The notes beneath the pieces were generated by a model, which was not told the DNA's origin, ran no database searches, and was given only the letters and a program-made list of their open reading frames with translations. Source: an uncultured archaeon (GTDB taxonomy: Archaea > Halobacteriota > Archaeoglobi > Archaeoglobales > Archaeoglobaceae). Taken from it: 38,821 nucleotides of DNA. Position numbers and translations under genes: made by a program. Each line of letters begins with the position of its first letter. Positions within the stretch are counted from its first letter, which is position 1. Positions 24,350 to 32,743 of the stretch are shown one piece after another. Location of the stretch: positions 1 through 38,821 of the forward strand of contig CAZQJR010000016.1 in NCBI GenBank assembly GCA_964592825.1. The letters are read 5' to 3'.

Positions 24350-25440
24350 GCATGCTCTATCTCGTTAGGTACGGGGAGATCTTTCTGAAGTCGGAGTGGG
24401 TGAGGAGGAGGTGGGAGAGGAAGCTCGTGGAGAACATAAGAAAGGTTCTGGATTGCAGGATTAGGAGGGAGAGGGGAAGAATTTGGGTGATAACGGACGA
24501 TCCGACGGCGAGGGAAAAGCTCAAAAAGGTATTCGGCGTGGTCTCCTTTTCCGAATGTTACCGTTGCAAGCTCGAAGATCTAAACGAGGAGGTCTTGAGA
24601 TTCTGCGAGGAGAGGATGGGGAAGGCGAGGACGTTTGCAGTTAGGGTGAAGAGGGTTGGAACTCACGACTTCACATCACAGCAGAAGGCGAGCGAGTTGG
24701 GAGCGCTGATACTCAAGCGTTTTCCCCACCTGAAGGTGGATTTGGACGATCCCGACTTCACGCTCTACGTGGAGATAAGAGGGGAGGATTGCTATCTGTT
24801 CAGCGAGATCGTCGAGGGGGTCGGAGGGATTCCCGTTGGCGTGGAGGGGAGGTTGGTATCGCTATTTTCCGGTGGTATAGATTCCCCCGTCGCCACTTGG
24901 ATGATGATGAAGAGGGGTTGCGAGGTAATCCCGATATACTTCGACTGTTCCCCCTTCACGGACGAAACGACCCTCCAAAGGGCGAGAGAGGTGGAGGGAA
25001 TCTTAAAGGGGTATTGGCCCGATTTCGAGCTTAGGATCGTTGAGCACGGATCCTTTCTGAAGAGGGTCAAGGATGTTCTTAAGGAGAGGGGGCTCGAAAG
25101 CTACACGTGCGTTCTCTGCAAGAGGAGGATGCTAAAGGTGGCGGAGGAGGTGGCGAAGGATGAGGGGGCGAAGGGCATAGTTACGGGCGACTCCTTGGGA
25201 CAGGTGGCGTCCCAAACTCTCGACAACCTTATGGTCGTTGAGATGGCGTGCGACCTTCCGGTATACCGTCCGCTCATAGGAATGGACAAAGAGGAGGTCG
25301 TAAAGCTGGCGAGGAAGATTGGAACCTTCGATGCCTCGGCGAAGAGGGTGAAGGAGTGCGGAGCGGTGCCCAAGAGACCCACGACGAAGGCGAAGCTCGA
25401 AAAGGTTTTGGAGTTGGAGGAGATGCTAAAACCAATCTAA
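24346..25440 (+). CDS. thiI: tRNA 4-thiouridine synthase ThiI (THUMP + PP-loop, no rhodanese domain)
   Basis: LVRYGEIFLKS start, PP-loop SGGIDSPVA, GDSLGQVASQT, and cysteines CVLCKRR plus ECG. The start overlaps the radical SAM stop (ATGA). Confidence 0.88.
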   Translation: MSMLYLVRYGEIFLKSEWVRRRWERKLVENIRKVLDCRIRRERGRIWVITDDPTAREKLKKVFGVVSFSECYRCKLEDLNEEVLRFCEERMGKARTFAVRVKRVGTHDFTSQQKASELGALILKRFPHLKVDLDDPDFTLYVEIRGEDCYLFSEIVEGVGGIPVGVEGRLVSLFSGGIDSPVATWMMMKRGCEVIPIYFDCSPFTDETTLQRAREVEGILKGYWPDFELRIVEHGSFLKRVKDVLKERGLESYTCVLCKRRMLKVAEEVAKDEGAKGIVTGDSLGQVASQTLDNLMVVEMACDLPVYRPLIGMDKEEVVKLARKIGTFDASAKRVKECGAVPKRPTTKAKLEKVLELEEMLKPI

Positions 25441-25959
25441 GCTCCTCATCTTCAGATCCCTTCTCTTCCTCTCCAAGAACCTTTGAACGGTCGAGTGCTG
25501 AGCCCCCTCGACGAGCATCTCTATGGCCTCCCTCGCTATCGCCACGCTCTCCGCGTCGCCTATTATCGCAACGGTCTTCCCGTATATCGATACGTTCACG
25601 TTGAGGACGTCCTCCAAGTACTTCCTCATCTTGCCCTCCTTCCCGATTATTCTTCCCTTTATCCTCTCCAAGTGCTTGGGCGGGACGTAGGAGGTGAGGT
25701 CTATTATCTCCAAAACCATCATCTCGTCCTGAAGGAGCCTCATCGCGGTGTCGGGGTTGAACCCGTGCGCTATCGCCTTTATGACGTCTTGAACCCTCAT
25801 GAAGTTCAGCGGATCCTCGCAGCTAATCCTCACGACCCCCGTCTTGCTGTTTATCCTTATCTTGCATCCCGTTTCTCTCTCAATCCTCTCCTTGACCTCC
25901 CCCTCCTTGCCTATGAGCACCCCTATCCTATCCTCTGGAATCGAGAGCTCGATTTCCAT
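25426..25959 (-). CDS. KH-domain RNA-binding protein (archaeal Dim2/Pno1-like)
   Basis: Two KH modules: IGVLIGKEGEVKERIERETG and GRIIGKEGKMRKYLEDV. 177 aa. Confidence 0.8.
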   Translation of the reverse strand: MEIELSIPEDRIGVLIGKEGEVKERIERETGCKIRINSKTGVVRISCEDPLNFMRVQDVIKAIAHGFNPDTAMRLLQDEMMVLEIIDLTSYVPPKHLERIKGRIIGKEGKMRKYLEDVLNVNVSIYGKTVAIIGDAESVAIAREAIEMLVEGAQHSTVQRFLERKRRDLKMRSLDWF

Positions 25960-26005
25960 CGTTCCACCTCATTACGATTACTCTCCCACCCGTTTTAACC
26001 CTTTC

Positions 26006-26710
26006 TTAAATTCCCAAGTACGCCCTTCTGATCTCGTCAGACTCGGATAGCTCCTCCCCCGTTCCCTCCATTACTATCCTTCCCTCCGCCATCACGTAGG
26101 CGTAATCGCATACCGCAAGGCTTAGGTGAACGTTCTGCTCGACGAGGAGCATCGTTATGCCCTCCTCCTTCAACCTCTTAATTATCTCGAATATTTCGAG
26201 CGTCAGCTTGGGCGATAGTCCGAGACTCGGTTCGTCGAGGATCAGTATCTCCGGGCAACTCATGAGCCCCCTCGCTATGGCGAGCATCTGTTGCTCCCCA
26301 CCGCTGAGCGTTCCGGCCTTCTGGTTCATCCTCTCCTTCAGCCTCGGAAAGAGTTCGAAGACCATTTCGAGCCTCTCCTCCTTCCTCCCCTCCGCCCTCT
26401 TGGAGTAGGCTCCCATCTCCAAGTTCTCGAGCACCGTCATGTTGGGAAATATCATCCTTCCCTCCGGAACCATCACGAGTCCCATCTCCACCCTCTCGTG
26501 AGTCCTGAGCTTCGTTATGTCCTTCCCGTCGAAAATTATCCTCCCCTTCCATATCGGAATTATCCCCATTATCGCCCTTAGAAGCGTGGTCTTCCCTACG
26601 CCGTTTGACCCTATTATCGTAGTCAGCTTACCCCTCTCCGCCCTAACGCTGACGCCCCAGAGAACCTTTACCTCCCCGTAACCGCACTCAACGTCCTTCG
26701 CCTCGAGCAT
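26006..26710 (-). CDS. livF: HAAT-family ABC transporter ATP-binding protein, LivF-like (second locus)
   Basis: Walker A GSNGVGKTT, LSGGEQQMLAIA, ILILDEPSLGL. Confidence 0.9.
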   Translation of the reverse strand: MLEAKDVECGYGEVKVLWGVSVRAERGKLTTIIGSNGVGKTTLLRAIMGIIPIWKGRIIFDGKDITKLRTHERVEMGLVMVPEGRMIFPNMTVLENLEMGAYSKRAEGRKEERLEMVFELFPRLKERMNQKAGTLSGGEQQMLAIARGLMSCPEILILDEPSLGLSPKLTLEIFEIIKRLKEEGITMLLVEQNVHLSLAVCDYAYVMAEGRIVMEGTGEELSESDEIRRAYLGI

Positions 26711-26714
26711 TCGA

Positions 26715-27446
26715 TCACCTCAGAACGAGGCTCGGATCCCCCAAATACGCCTCTACGACCTTCGGATCGTTCGCGACCTCCTCCGGCTTACCCTCCGCTA
26801 TCTTCTTTCCGTAATCGAGGACGATTATTCTGTCCGACACCCTCATTATGGCGTGCATGAGGTGCTCTATCATGAGTATCGTGATCCCCCTCTTCCTGAC
26901 GTCCTCTATGACCTTAAGCATCCCCTTTACCTCCGCCGGATTCAGTCCGGCGAGAACCTCATCGAGCAAAACGAGTTTGGGCTTGGACGCGAGAGCCCTC
27001 GCCATCTCGAGCCTCTTCTTTTCCGGAACGTTCAGCTTTCCCGCGGGCAACTCTGCCTTCTCCATTAGCCCGACCATCCTGAGCACTTCGTCCGCCACCC
27101 TTCTGGCGGAGTCGAGGTCGAGGTATTCCCTTCCGAAGCACGCACCCACCATAACGTTCTCCCTGACCGTAAGCTCGTTCAGGGGTTTGACCACCTGATA
27201 CGTCCTCGCCAGTCCGAGCCTCGCTATCTTGTAGGGTGGCTTTCCCGTTATGTCCTCCCCGTCGAACACTATCCTCCCCTCGTCCGGCTTGTAAACACCC
27301 GAAATCAGGTTGAACAGCGTCGTCTTTCCGGCACCGTTCGGGCCGATTATTCCGAGGATCTCCCCCCTCCTCACCTCGAAGCTTACCCCGTCGACCGCAA
27401 CGAGCCCTCCGAACCTCTTCGTCAACCCCTCAACCTCGAGTATCAT
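26715..27446 (-). CDS. livG: HAAT-family ABC transporter ATP-binding protein, LivG-like (second locus)
   Basis: The internal ATG at 27446 gives [23 protein letters not shown]...GPNGAGKTT. It overlaps the livM stop (ATGA). The longer 405-aa ORF overlaps livM out of frame. Confidence 0.88.
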   Translation of the reverse strand: MILEVEGLTKRFGGLVAVDGVSFEVRRGEILGIIGPNGAGKTTLFNLISGVYKPDEGRIVFDGEDITGKPPYKIARLGLARTYQVVKPLNELTVRENVMVGACFGREYLDLDSARRVADEVLRMVGLMEKAELPAGKLNVPEKKRLEMARALASKPKLVLLDEVLAGLNPAEVKGMLKVIEDVRKRGITILMIEHLMHAIMRVSDRIIVLDYGKKIAEGKPEEVANDPKVVEAYLGDPSLVLR

Positions 27447-28390
27447 TCGAAATACCTCCTGAGGACGGGCACCCTCTCCCTCAAAAATCCCACTATTCCC
27501 CTCGGAACGAATAGGACGATTAGCAACAGTATAACTCCGGATATGGCGATGTGAAGAGCTTTGAAGCTGACGAGCAGGAGCCCCCTTATCCTCTCGTATA
27601 CCATCGCCCCTATTACCGGTCCGCTGACCGTTCCGAACCCACCCAGCATGACCATGAATATCATCTCTATCGATTTCGTCAGGTGAAATGCGGACTCGGG
27701 ATCTATGTTTCCGTTCTTGAAGAAGAACAGCGCTCCGACCATTCCGGGAAAGAACGCGGAGATGGCGAAAGCGATCGTCTTGTACATGCTCGTGTTCACC
27801 CCCAACGTCAGCGACGCGTCCTCGTCCTCCCTTATCGCCATAAGCCCGAGCCCGAACTTCGACCTCTTCACCTTCCAGTTGACCAAAACCACCGCAACCG
27901 TTACGGCGAGCATTAAGTAGTATGCGAACCATATGGCGTTCTCCGCTCCTCCGTAAGGTCTGTAGACGTTCATGTTGAAGTATATACCCTCCGCTCCTCC
28001 GAGCTGATTCAGGTTCGTCACGAGAGCCTTCACGGCCTCGTTTATCCCTATCGTTGCTATGGCGAAATACGCGCCCCTAAGCCTGAGTATCGCGAGACCG
28101 AGAACGTAGGCAACGAACGCCGAGAACGCACCCGCTAAGAGCATGGCGAGAACGATGTTCGTCCCGTAGTTCTCTATCAGCACGAAGGCAACGTATCCCC
28201 CTATCCCGTAGAAGACTATGTGTCCGAAGCTGACGTATCCGGTGTATCCGAGTATCACGTTCAGACTCTCCGCCAAGGCGACGTACATCAGTATGAGGAA
28301 CACAGTTTCCCTCAGCGTGACGTCGTGGGTTACGATAGGGAGAAATCCCAAGATCAGTATCAAGGCCAGTAGCCAAGCGATCGTCCTCAT
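27443..28390 (-). CDS. livM: HAAT-family ABC transporter permease, LivM-like (second locus)
   Basis: [19 protein letters not shown] and [14 protein letters not shown]. Polytopic, 315 aa. Confidence 0.88.
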   Translation of the reverse strand: MRTIAWLLALILILGFLPIVTHDVTLRETVFLILMYVALAESLNVILGYTGYVSFGHIVFYGIGGYVAFVLIENYGTNIVLAMLLAGAFSAFVAYVLGLAILRLRGAYFAIATIGINEAVKALVTNLNQLGGAEGIYFNMNVYRPYGGAENAIWFAYYLMLAVTVAVVLVNWKVKRSKFGLGLMAIREDEDASLTLGVNTSMYKTIAFAISAFFPGMVGALFFFKNGNIDPESAFHLTKSIEMIFMVMLGGFGTVSGPVIGAMVYERIRGLLLVSFKALHIAISGVILLLIVLFVPRGIVGFLRERVPVLRRYFE

Positions 28391-29250
28391 ATCTCACCAC
28401 CGAATATTCCAGTGGGTCTGAGCAGGAGGACTATTACGAGGATCGTGAATTCGATGAAGGGAACGAGTCCCGTCGGTATTTGGAGCGCCATAACGTTTTC
28501 GAGAATTCCCATTATTAGCCCGCCGACGAGGGCTCCTATCGGACTTCCCAAACCGCCGAGGACGCATATTACGAAGCTCTTGAGCTCGTAAACACCTCCG
28601 GAGAGTATCGTGAACGGGAATATGGTGGCTATAAGGGCTCCCGCGGTCATTGCGAGGGCTATGCCAATTCCGAAGCTGAGGGCGAGGATCTTAGTCGTGT
28701 TTATCCCCATTAGCTCCGCGGCCGTCCTGTTCATCGATACCGCCCTAACGGCCTTTCCCGTCTTGGTCTTGTATAGGAAGTAGTACAGGCTCAAGGCGAG
28801 GGCTATCGAAACCGCCCCCGCTATAACCTTCGTTCCGAGTATCGTCATCCCCCCGACGCTTATAGTCCCGACGTCGAAGCTTATGGCGTAGGGTGATGTG
28901 GACCAGAGGTACGTGCCGACCCCTATTATGAATAGGCTGACGCTGAACGTTGAGAGCAACGTCGAAAGCTCGGGTGCGTCTATTATTCTGTGTAAGGCCA
29001 CGAAGTAAACTACCATGCCCAAAAGCACTCCGATTAGGAAGATTACCGGAACCCCCGCGTAGGGGTTGAGACCGAACGTGAACAGGAAGTACGCGAAGAA
29101 CATACCCAAGGCTATGAAAGCTCCGTGAGAAAGGTTTATTACCTTCATAACACCCCAAATCAGGTTGAGACCCAAAGCCGCGAGGCCGTAAACGAGACCG
29201 AGTAGAATTCCGCTTATTACGCTGTCGATCCATATCTCAATCAAACCCAA
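28387..29250 (-). CDS. livH: HAAT-family ABC transporter permease, LivH-like (second locus)
   Basis: GLVYGLAALGLNLIWGVMKVINLSHGAF. Polytopic, 287 aa, with a 4-nt overlap with livM. Confidence 0.88.
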   Translation of the reverse strand: MGLIEIWIDSVISGILLGLVYGLAALGLNLIWGVMKVINLSHGAFIALGMFFAYFLFTFGLNPYAGVPVIFLIGVLLGMVVYFVALHRIIDAPELSTLLSTFSVSLFIIGVGTYLWSTSPYAISFDVGTISVGGMTILGTKVIAGAVSIALALSLYYFLYKTKTGKAVRAVSMNRTAAELMGINTTKILALSFGIGIALAMTAGALIATIFPFTILSGGVYELKSFVICVLGGLGSPIGALVGGLIMGILENVMALQIPTGLVPFIEFTILVIVLLLRPTGIFGGEI

Positions 29251-29274
29251 TCCCCCCTAAAAAATGTGGGGAGG

Positions 29275-30618
29275 TCAGCGCCTCCTCCTCAGCAGAGCCA
29301 AGGCGACGAGGCTCAACGCCGCCAGCCCCACCTCGAATCCCGGCCCCTTCTTCGTGGACGGCTGTGTGGTCTGCTCGAACTTTACGTAGAGCGGATATAC
29401 CAAGTTCGCGCTCTTGGCGCTCTCAGGCCAGACGACCTCCTTAACGAGCGTTCCGTTTCTCTCCTGCCACTGTAGGTAAACCATCTCGTGAGCCTTCTGC
29501 CTTCCGTAATACTTGCCCTTCTCGAAGCTTATCCTTCCGAAGAAGGTCATTATGTCCATGTTCTCCAACGCCTTCTTAACTGCGGTCGTGTTGAGAGTTC
29601 CCGCATCCTCTATTGCCTTCTGCAGAACCAGTCCAGCGACGTAACCTCCGGCGGCGTGGTATCCGGGAGTGTAACCGTAGGCCTTCTTGAACGCGTTCAC
29701 GAACTCCTGAACCGTCGGCCCGTACCACTCTACCCCCATCTTCTTCGCCATCTCTGGCGAGTACTTGACTTCGGGCTCCCACTGGGAGGGGGCGGTTACG
29801 TAGAGCGCTGCCTTTCCAATCTCCTTGAACTGGGGCAACGCTGGAGCTACGAGCAGGCATACGAGCTTGGCCTTGACCCTCTTCTCGTAAAGCTGTTTGG
29901 CGAGCGTTTCACCGTCCGCGAAATGCCCTCCTCCAAGTATGGCGTCGGGCTTGGTCGCTATGATCTTGTTTATTATGGGCGTGAAGTCGGTAGTTCCGGG
30001 AGGATAGGATTCGAACATAACTACGTCGAACCCCTTCTCCTCCGCGTACTTCTTAACCGCGGTGCACACGTCCTTCGCGAACTCGCTGTCCTCGTAAACT
30101 ATGGCCACCTTCTTCGCCTTCGGATCAACCGCCTTGAGCATGTCTATGGCGCCGGTGAGATATCTCGACGCGGGGGTGTAGATCTGGTATATGCAGTTGT
30201 AACCCTTGTCGAATATGCTGTCGGACGCCGCTCCTACCGCTATCATTATCTTCCCGTACTGCGAAGCTACAACTGCGGCCGAGGCGGTTAGACCGCTGCT
30301 GTAGGGGCTTATTAGGAAGTCAACCTTGTCCTGAGTTATGAGCTTCGTGTAGAGTTGCTGAACCCTGTCCTTGCTGCTTTCATCGTCGTAGTAAATCAGC
30401 TTAACCTTGAGCTTCTTTCCGAGAGACTTGACGTATATTCCGCCCTTAGCGTTCACCTGATCCGCCCAAAGCTTGAGCCCCTCGAACTGCTGTTGGGACT
30501 CCTCGTTGAGCTTACCCGTCTTGGACATCGTGAACCCTATCTTGATATACTGCTCCGCGCTAACAACGGGCACGCTGAAGAGAATCAATGCCACCAGCAA
30601 GGCTACGAGCTTTTTCAT
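29275..30618 (-). CDS. LivJ/LivK-like substrate-binding protein with signal peptide and PGF-CTERM anchor (second locus)
   Basis: MKKLVALLVALILFSVPVVSA|EQYIKIGF; type-I SBP body. The C-terminus is TQPSTKKGPGFEVGLAALSLVALALLRRRR. Confidence 0.85.
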   Translation of the reverse strand: MKKLVALLVALILFSVPVVSAEQYIKIGFTMSKTGKLNEESQQQFEGLKLWADQVNAKGGIYVKSLGKKLKVKLIYYDDESSKDRVQQLYTKLITQDKVDFLISPYSSGLTASAAVVASQYGKIMIAVGAASDSIFDKGYNCIYQIYTPASRYLTGAIDMLKAVDPKAKKVAIVYEDSEFAKDVCTAVKKYAEEKGFDVVMFESYPPGTTDFTPIINKIIATKPDAILGGGHFADGETLAKQLYEKRVKAKLVCLLVAPALPQFKEIGKAALYVTAPSQWEPEVKYSPEMAKKMGVEWYGPTVQEFVNAFKKAYGYTPGYHAAGGYVAGLVLQKAIEDAGTLNTTAVKKALENMDIMTFFGRISFEKGKYYGRQKAHEMVYLQWQERNGTLVKEVVWPESAKSANLVYPLYVKFEQTTQPSTKKGPGFEVGLAALSLVALALLRRRR

Positions 30619-30633
30619 CCCTCACACCCCCTT

Positions 30634-30658
30634 TTTGTCACGATCTTTCCTTGACAAA
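30634..30658 (-). promoter_or_regulatory. Inverted repeat TTTGTCA-N11-TGACAAA between a TATA-like box (30663..30669, TTTTATA on the minus strand) and the SBP start; candidate operator
   Basis: The arms at 30634..30640 and 30652..30658 are perfect complements. A third TTGACAA half-site lies at 30693..30699. Confidence 0.4.
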
Positions 30659-30739
30659 GCCGTATAAAACTTATTCCCTATTTCCCTTGAAATTGACAAT
30701 CAGACTCATCTCGAATCTATTATATACATTTCAAATCTG

Positions 30740-32026
30740 TTAGACGTTGGGCTGAGGGATAAGCCCGAGCTCCATGAGCCTTTTCAGCTTCTCCCTCGCG
30801 GAACCTATTATCCTACCCACCTCCTCCCTTATCTCCTCCTCGCCCATCCTCACCCTCGCGACCCCCTGCTCTATCGCCTTGAGAGCGACGGCCGTCGCCA
30901 CCTCCGGAAAAACGTCTCCCTCCTCCATAGTCGGGACTATGCGTTCCTCGCTCAACCCCCTCTCCTCCGCAAATCTCGCAATGGTCTTTGCGGCTTCGAT
31001 CGTCATTTCATCGGTGATCGTTTTCGCCCTAACGGTAAGAACCCCCCTGAAGACCGCGGGGAATACGAGGGAGTTGTTTATCTGATTCGGAAAATCACTC
31101 CTACCAGTTCCGACGATCCTCGCCCCCGCCTCCTTAGCTTCATCGGGCATGATCTCCGGCGTTGGATTGGCTAAAGCGAACACTATCGCGTCGTCGTTCA
31201 TCTTCGCGATCCACTCCTTCCTTATAACCCCCGGCCCGGGTCTGCTTGCAGCTATGACAACATCAGCACCTTCCAAAGCTTCCGCAATTCCGCCAATTTT
31301 GCCTTCCGCGTTCGTCTTCTGGCAGATCTCCCACTTGTACGGGTTCGACTTGAGATCTTCCCTATGTAAGCCCAAGATGCCTTTGCTGTCCACCACGACC
31401 ATCTTCTTCGGATCCGCACCGAACTTCTCCAAGAGCCTGATCGTAGCGACGTTCGCAGCACCCACTCCAACCACTGCGATCTTCACGTTCCCTATTTTCT
31501 TTCCAACGAGCTTCAAAGCGTTGATAAGCCCAGCGAGCGTTATCGTCGCCGTCCCCTGCTGATCGTCGTGCCAGACGGGGATATCCAACTCTTCCCTCAA
31601 CCTCTCCAATATGTAGAAGCATTTTGGAGTGGCGATATCCTCCAAGTTTATCCCGCCGAATGCCGGAGTTATGGCCTTGACTATCTCGACGAATCTGTCC
31701 GCATCCTGCTCCGCGATCGGCAAGGGAAAAGCGTCGACACCACCCAAATACTTGAAGAGGAGAGCCTTACCTTCCATCACCGGAAGGGACGCCAAAGCTC
31801 CTATGTTTCCCAAACCCAAAACCCTCGAACCGTCGGTAATTACCGCAACGTTGTTCCACTTGTTCGTGAGCTCGTAAGCCTGATCCTCATCCTCAGCTAT
31901 TTTCAAGCAGGGCTGAGCTACTCCGGGGGTGTACCAGATGGCGAAGTCGTCCAAGCTCCTTACCGCACACTTCACCATTACCTCTATCTTCCCCCTGTAG
32001 AATCTGTGGAGTTCGAGCTCTTTCAT
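30740..32026 (-). CDS. NAD(P)-dependent malic enzyme (malate dehydrogenase, oxaloacetate-decarboxylating)
   Basis: LELHRFYRGKIEV...IWYTPGVAQPC, VAVITDGSRVLGLGNIG, GINLEDI, VVGVGAANVA. Start is taken at MKELEL (32026); the ORF extends to 32068. Confidence 0.88.
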   Translation of the reverse strand: MKELELHRFYRGKIEVMVKCAVRSLDDFAIWYTPGVAQPCLKIAEDEDQAYELTNKWNNVAVITDGSRVLGLGNIGALASLPVMEGKALLFKYLGGVDAFPLPIAEQDADRFVEIVKAITPAFGGINLEDIATPKCFYILERLREELDIPVWHDDQQGTATITLAGLINALKLVGKKIGNVKIAVVGVGAANVATIRLLEKFGADPKKMVVVDSKGILGLHREDLKSNPYKWEICQKTNAEGKIGGIAEALEGADVVIAASRPGPGVIRKEWIAKMNDDAIVFALANPTPEIMPDEAKEAGARIVGTGRSDFPNQINNSLVFPAVFRGVLTVRAKTITDEMTIEAAKTIARFAEERGLSEERIVPTMEEGDVFPEVATAVALKAIEQGVARVRMGEEEIREEVGRIIGSAREKLKRLMELGLIPQPNV

Positions 32027-32088
32027 CGGCGGATCGTTGCATTCATACCGCCAAATAGTTTGTTGCAAAATCTGAATAATCTTTGTGC

Positions 32089-32115
32089 AACGTTATTACG
32101 ATTGCATAACGTTAA
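32089..32115 (+). promoter_or_regulatory. Two AACGTTA motifs 20 nt apart (32089..32095 and 32109..32115); the second abuts a TTAATATT TATA-like box 24 nt upstream of the RHH regulator gene
   Basis: Direct reading of the spacer ...gtgcAACGTTAttacgattgcatAACGTTAATATTcc... Each motif contains the palindrome AACGTT, and TTGCA-like elements also recur. Confidence 0.4.
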
Positions 32116-32139
32116 TATTCCTCCAAGCCCACTCCCCGC

Positions 32140-32682
32140 ATGGACAGGAAGACGGTTCGAACGTCGATAGCTTTGGATAAGAGAACTCAGGAGATGCTCG
32201 AAATTCTGATGAAGAAGAAGAACACCACAGCATCCGAAATAATAAGAAGGGCTATAAATCTCTACTTCGAGTTCGAGAACGCGACTACGAAGATCTCTCC
32301 AGACGTTACGAAGATATACACGGACTTTCTCGCAAATGGAGAGCATGTGATCGTGGACATCGAACATTGGACTGCGATATGGGAGGAGTTGAACGAGAAG
32401 GCCAGCGAGAGGTTTTGGAAGATAATAGAGAGGACGGGTTACGAGCACGGAATCCAGTACATGAACAAGGGCCTGAGGAACGTTTACGACATCCTGAGGT
32501 ATATGGAGGTGGGAAACTACTTCAGGATAAAGATCGACGGGGAGGGTTGCTACACGCTCATACTCAGCACCCACGTAGAGCAGAAGTTCCTTAAAATATT
32601 CTTGGAGAACCTGTTCAAAGCACAGGGATGCGAAGTCGAGATAATCGAGGGCTACGGCAAGCTCAGGATTATTAAGAAGTAA
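32140..32682 (+). CDS. Ribbon-helix-helix (CopG/MetJ-type) transcriptional regulator with a C-terminal putative ligand-binding (V4R-like) domain
   Basis: The N-terminus VRTSIALDKRTQEMLEILMKKKNTTASEIIRRAINLYF fits strand-helix-helix. The C-terminal 120 aa (ERTGYEHG...YMEVGNYFRIKIDGEGCYTLILS) resembles V4R domains, at low certainty. Confidence 0.55.
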   Translation: MDRKTVRTSIALDKRTQEMLEILMKKKNTTASEIIRRAINLYFEFENATTKISPDVTKIYTDFLANGEHVIVDIEHWTAIWEELNEKASERFWKIIERTGYEHGIQYMNKGLRNVYDILRYMEVGNYFRIKIDGEGCYTLILSTHVEQKFLKIFLENLFKAQGCEVEIIEGYGKLRIIKK

Positions 32683-32743
32683 TAAACGATACCAAGTCTA
32701 AATAAAAACCTTAATGAGTTTTCATAACCCCCTTGCTCCGTAG

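Noticed and set aside
27447-27932. Upstream extension of the 405-aa ORF containing the second livG-like gene
   Set aside because: It overlaps the livM-like permease gene out of frame and translates to Arg/Gly-rich nonsense. The ABC ATPase starts at MILEVEG (27446) with an ATGA overlap.
32027-32068. 14-codon N-terminal extension of the malic enzyme ORF (MQQTIWRYECNDPP)
   Set aside because: Malic enzymes of this type begin near MKELELHRFY. The extension would consume most of the divergent promoter spacer. Not excluded, but less likely.
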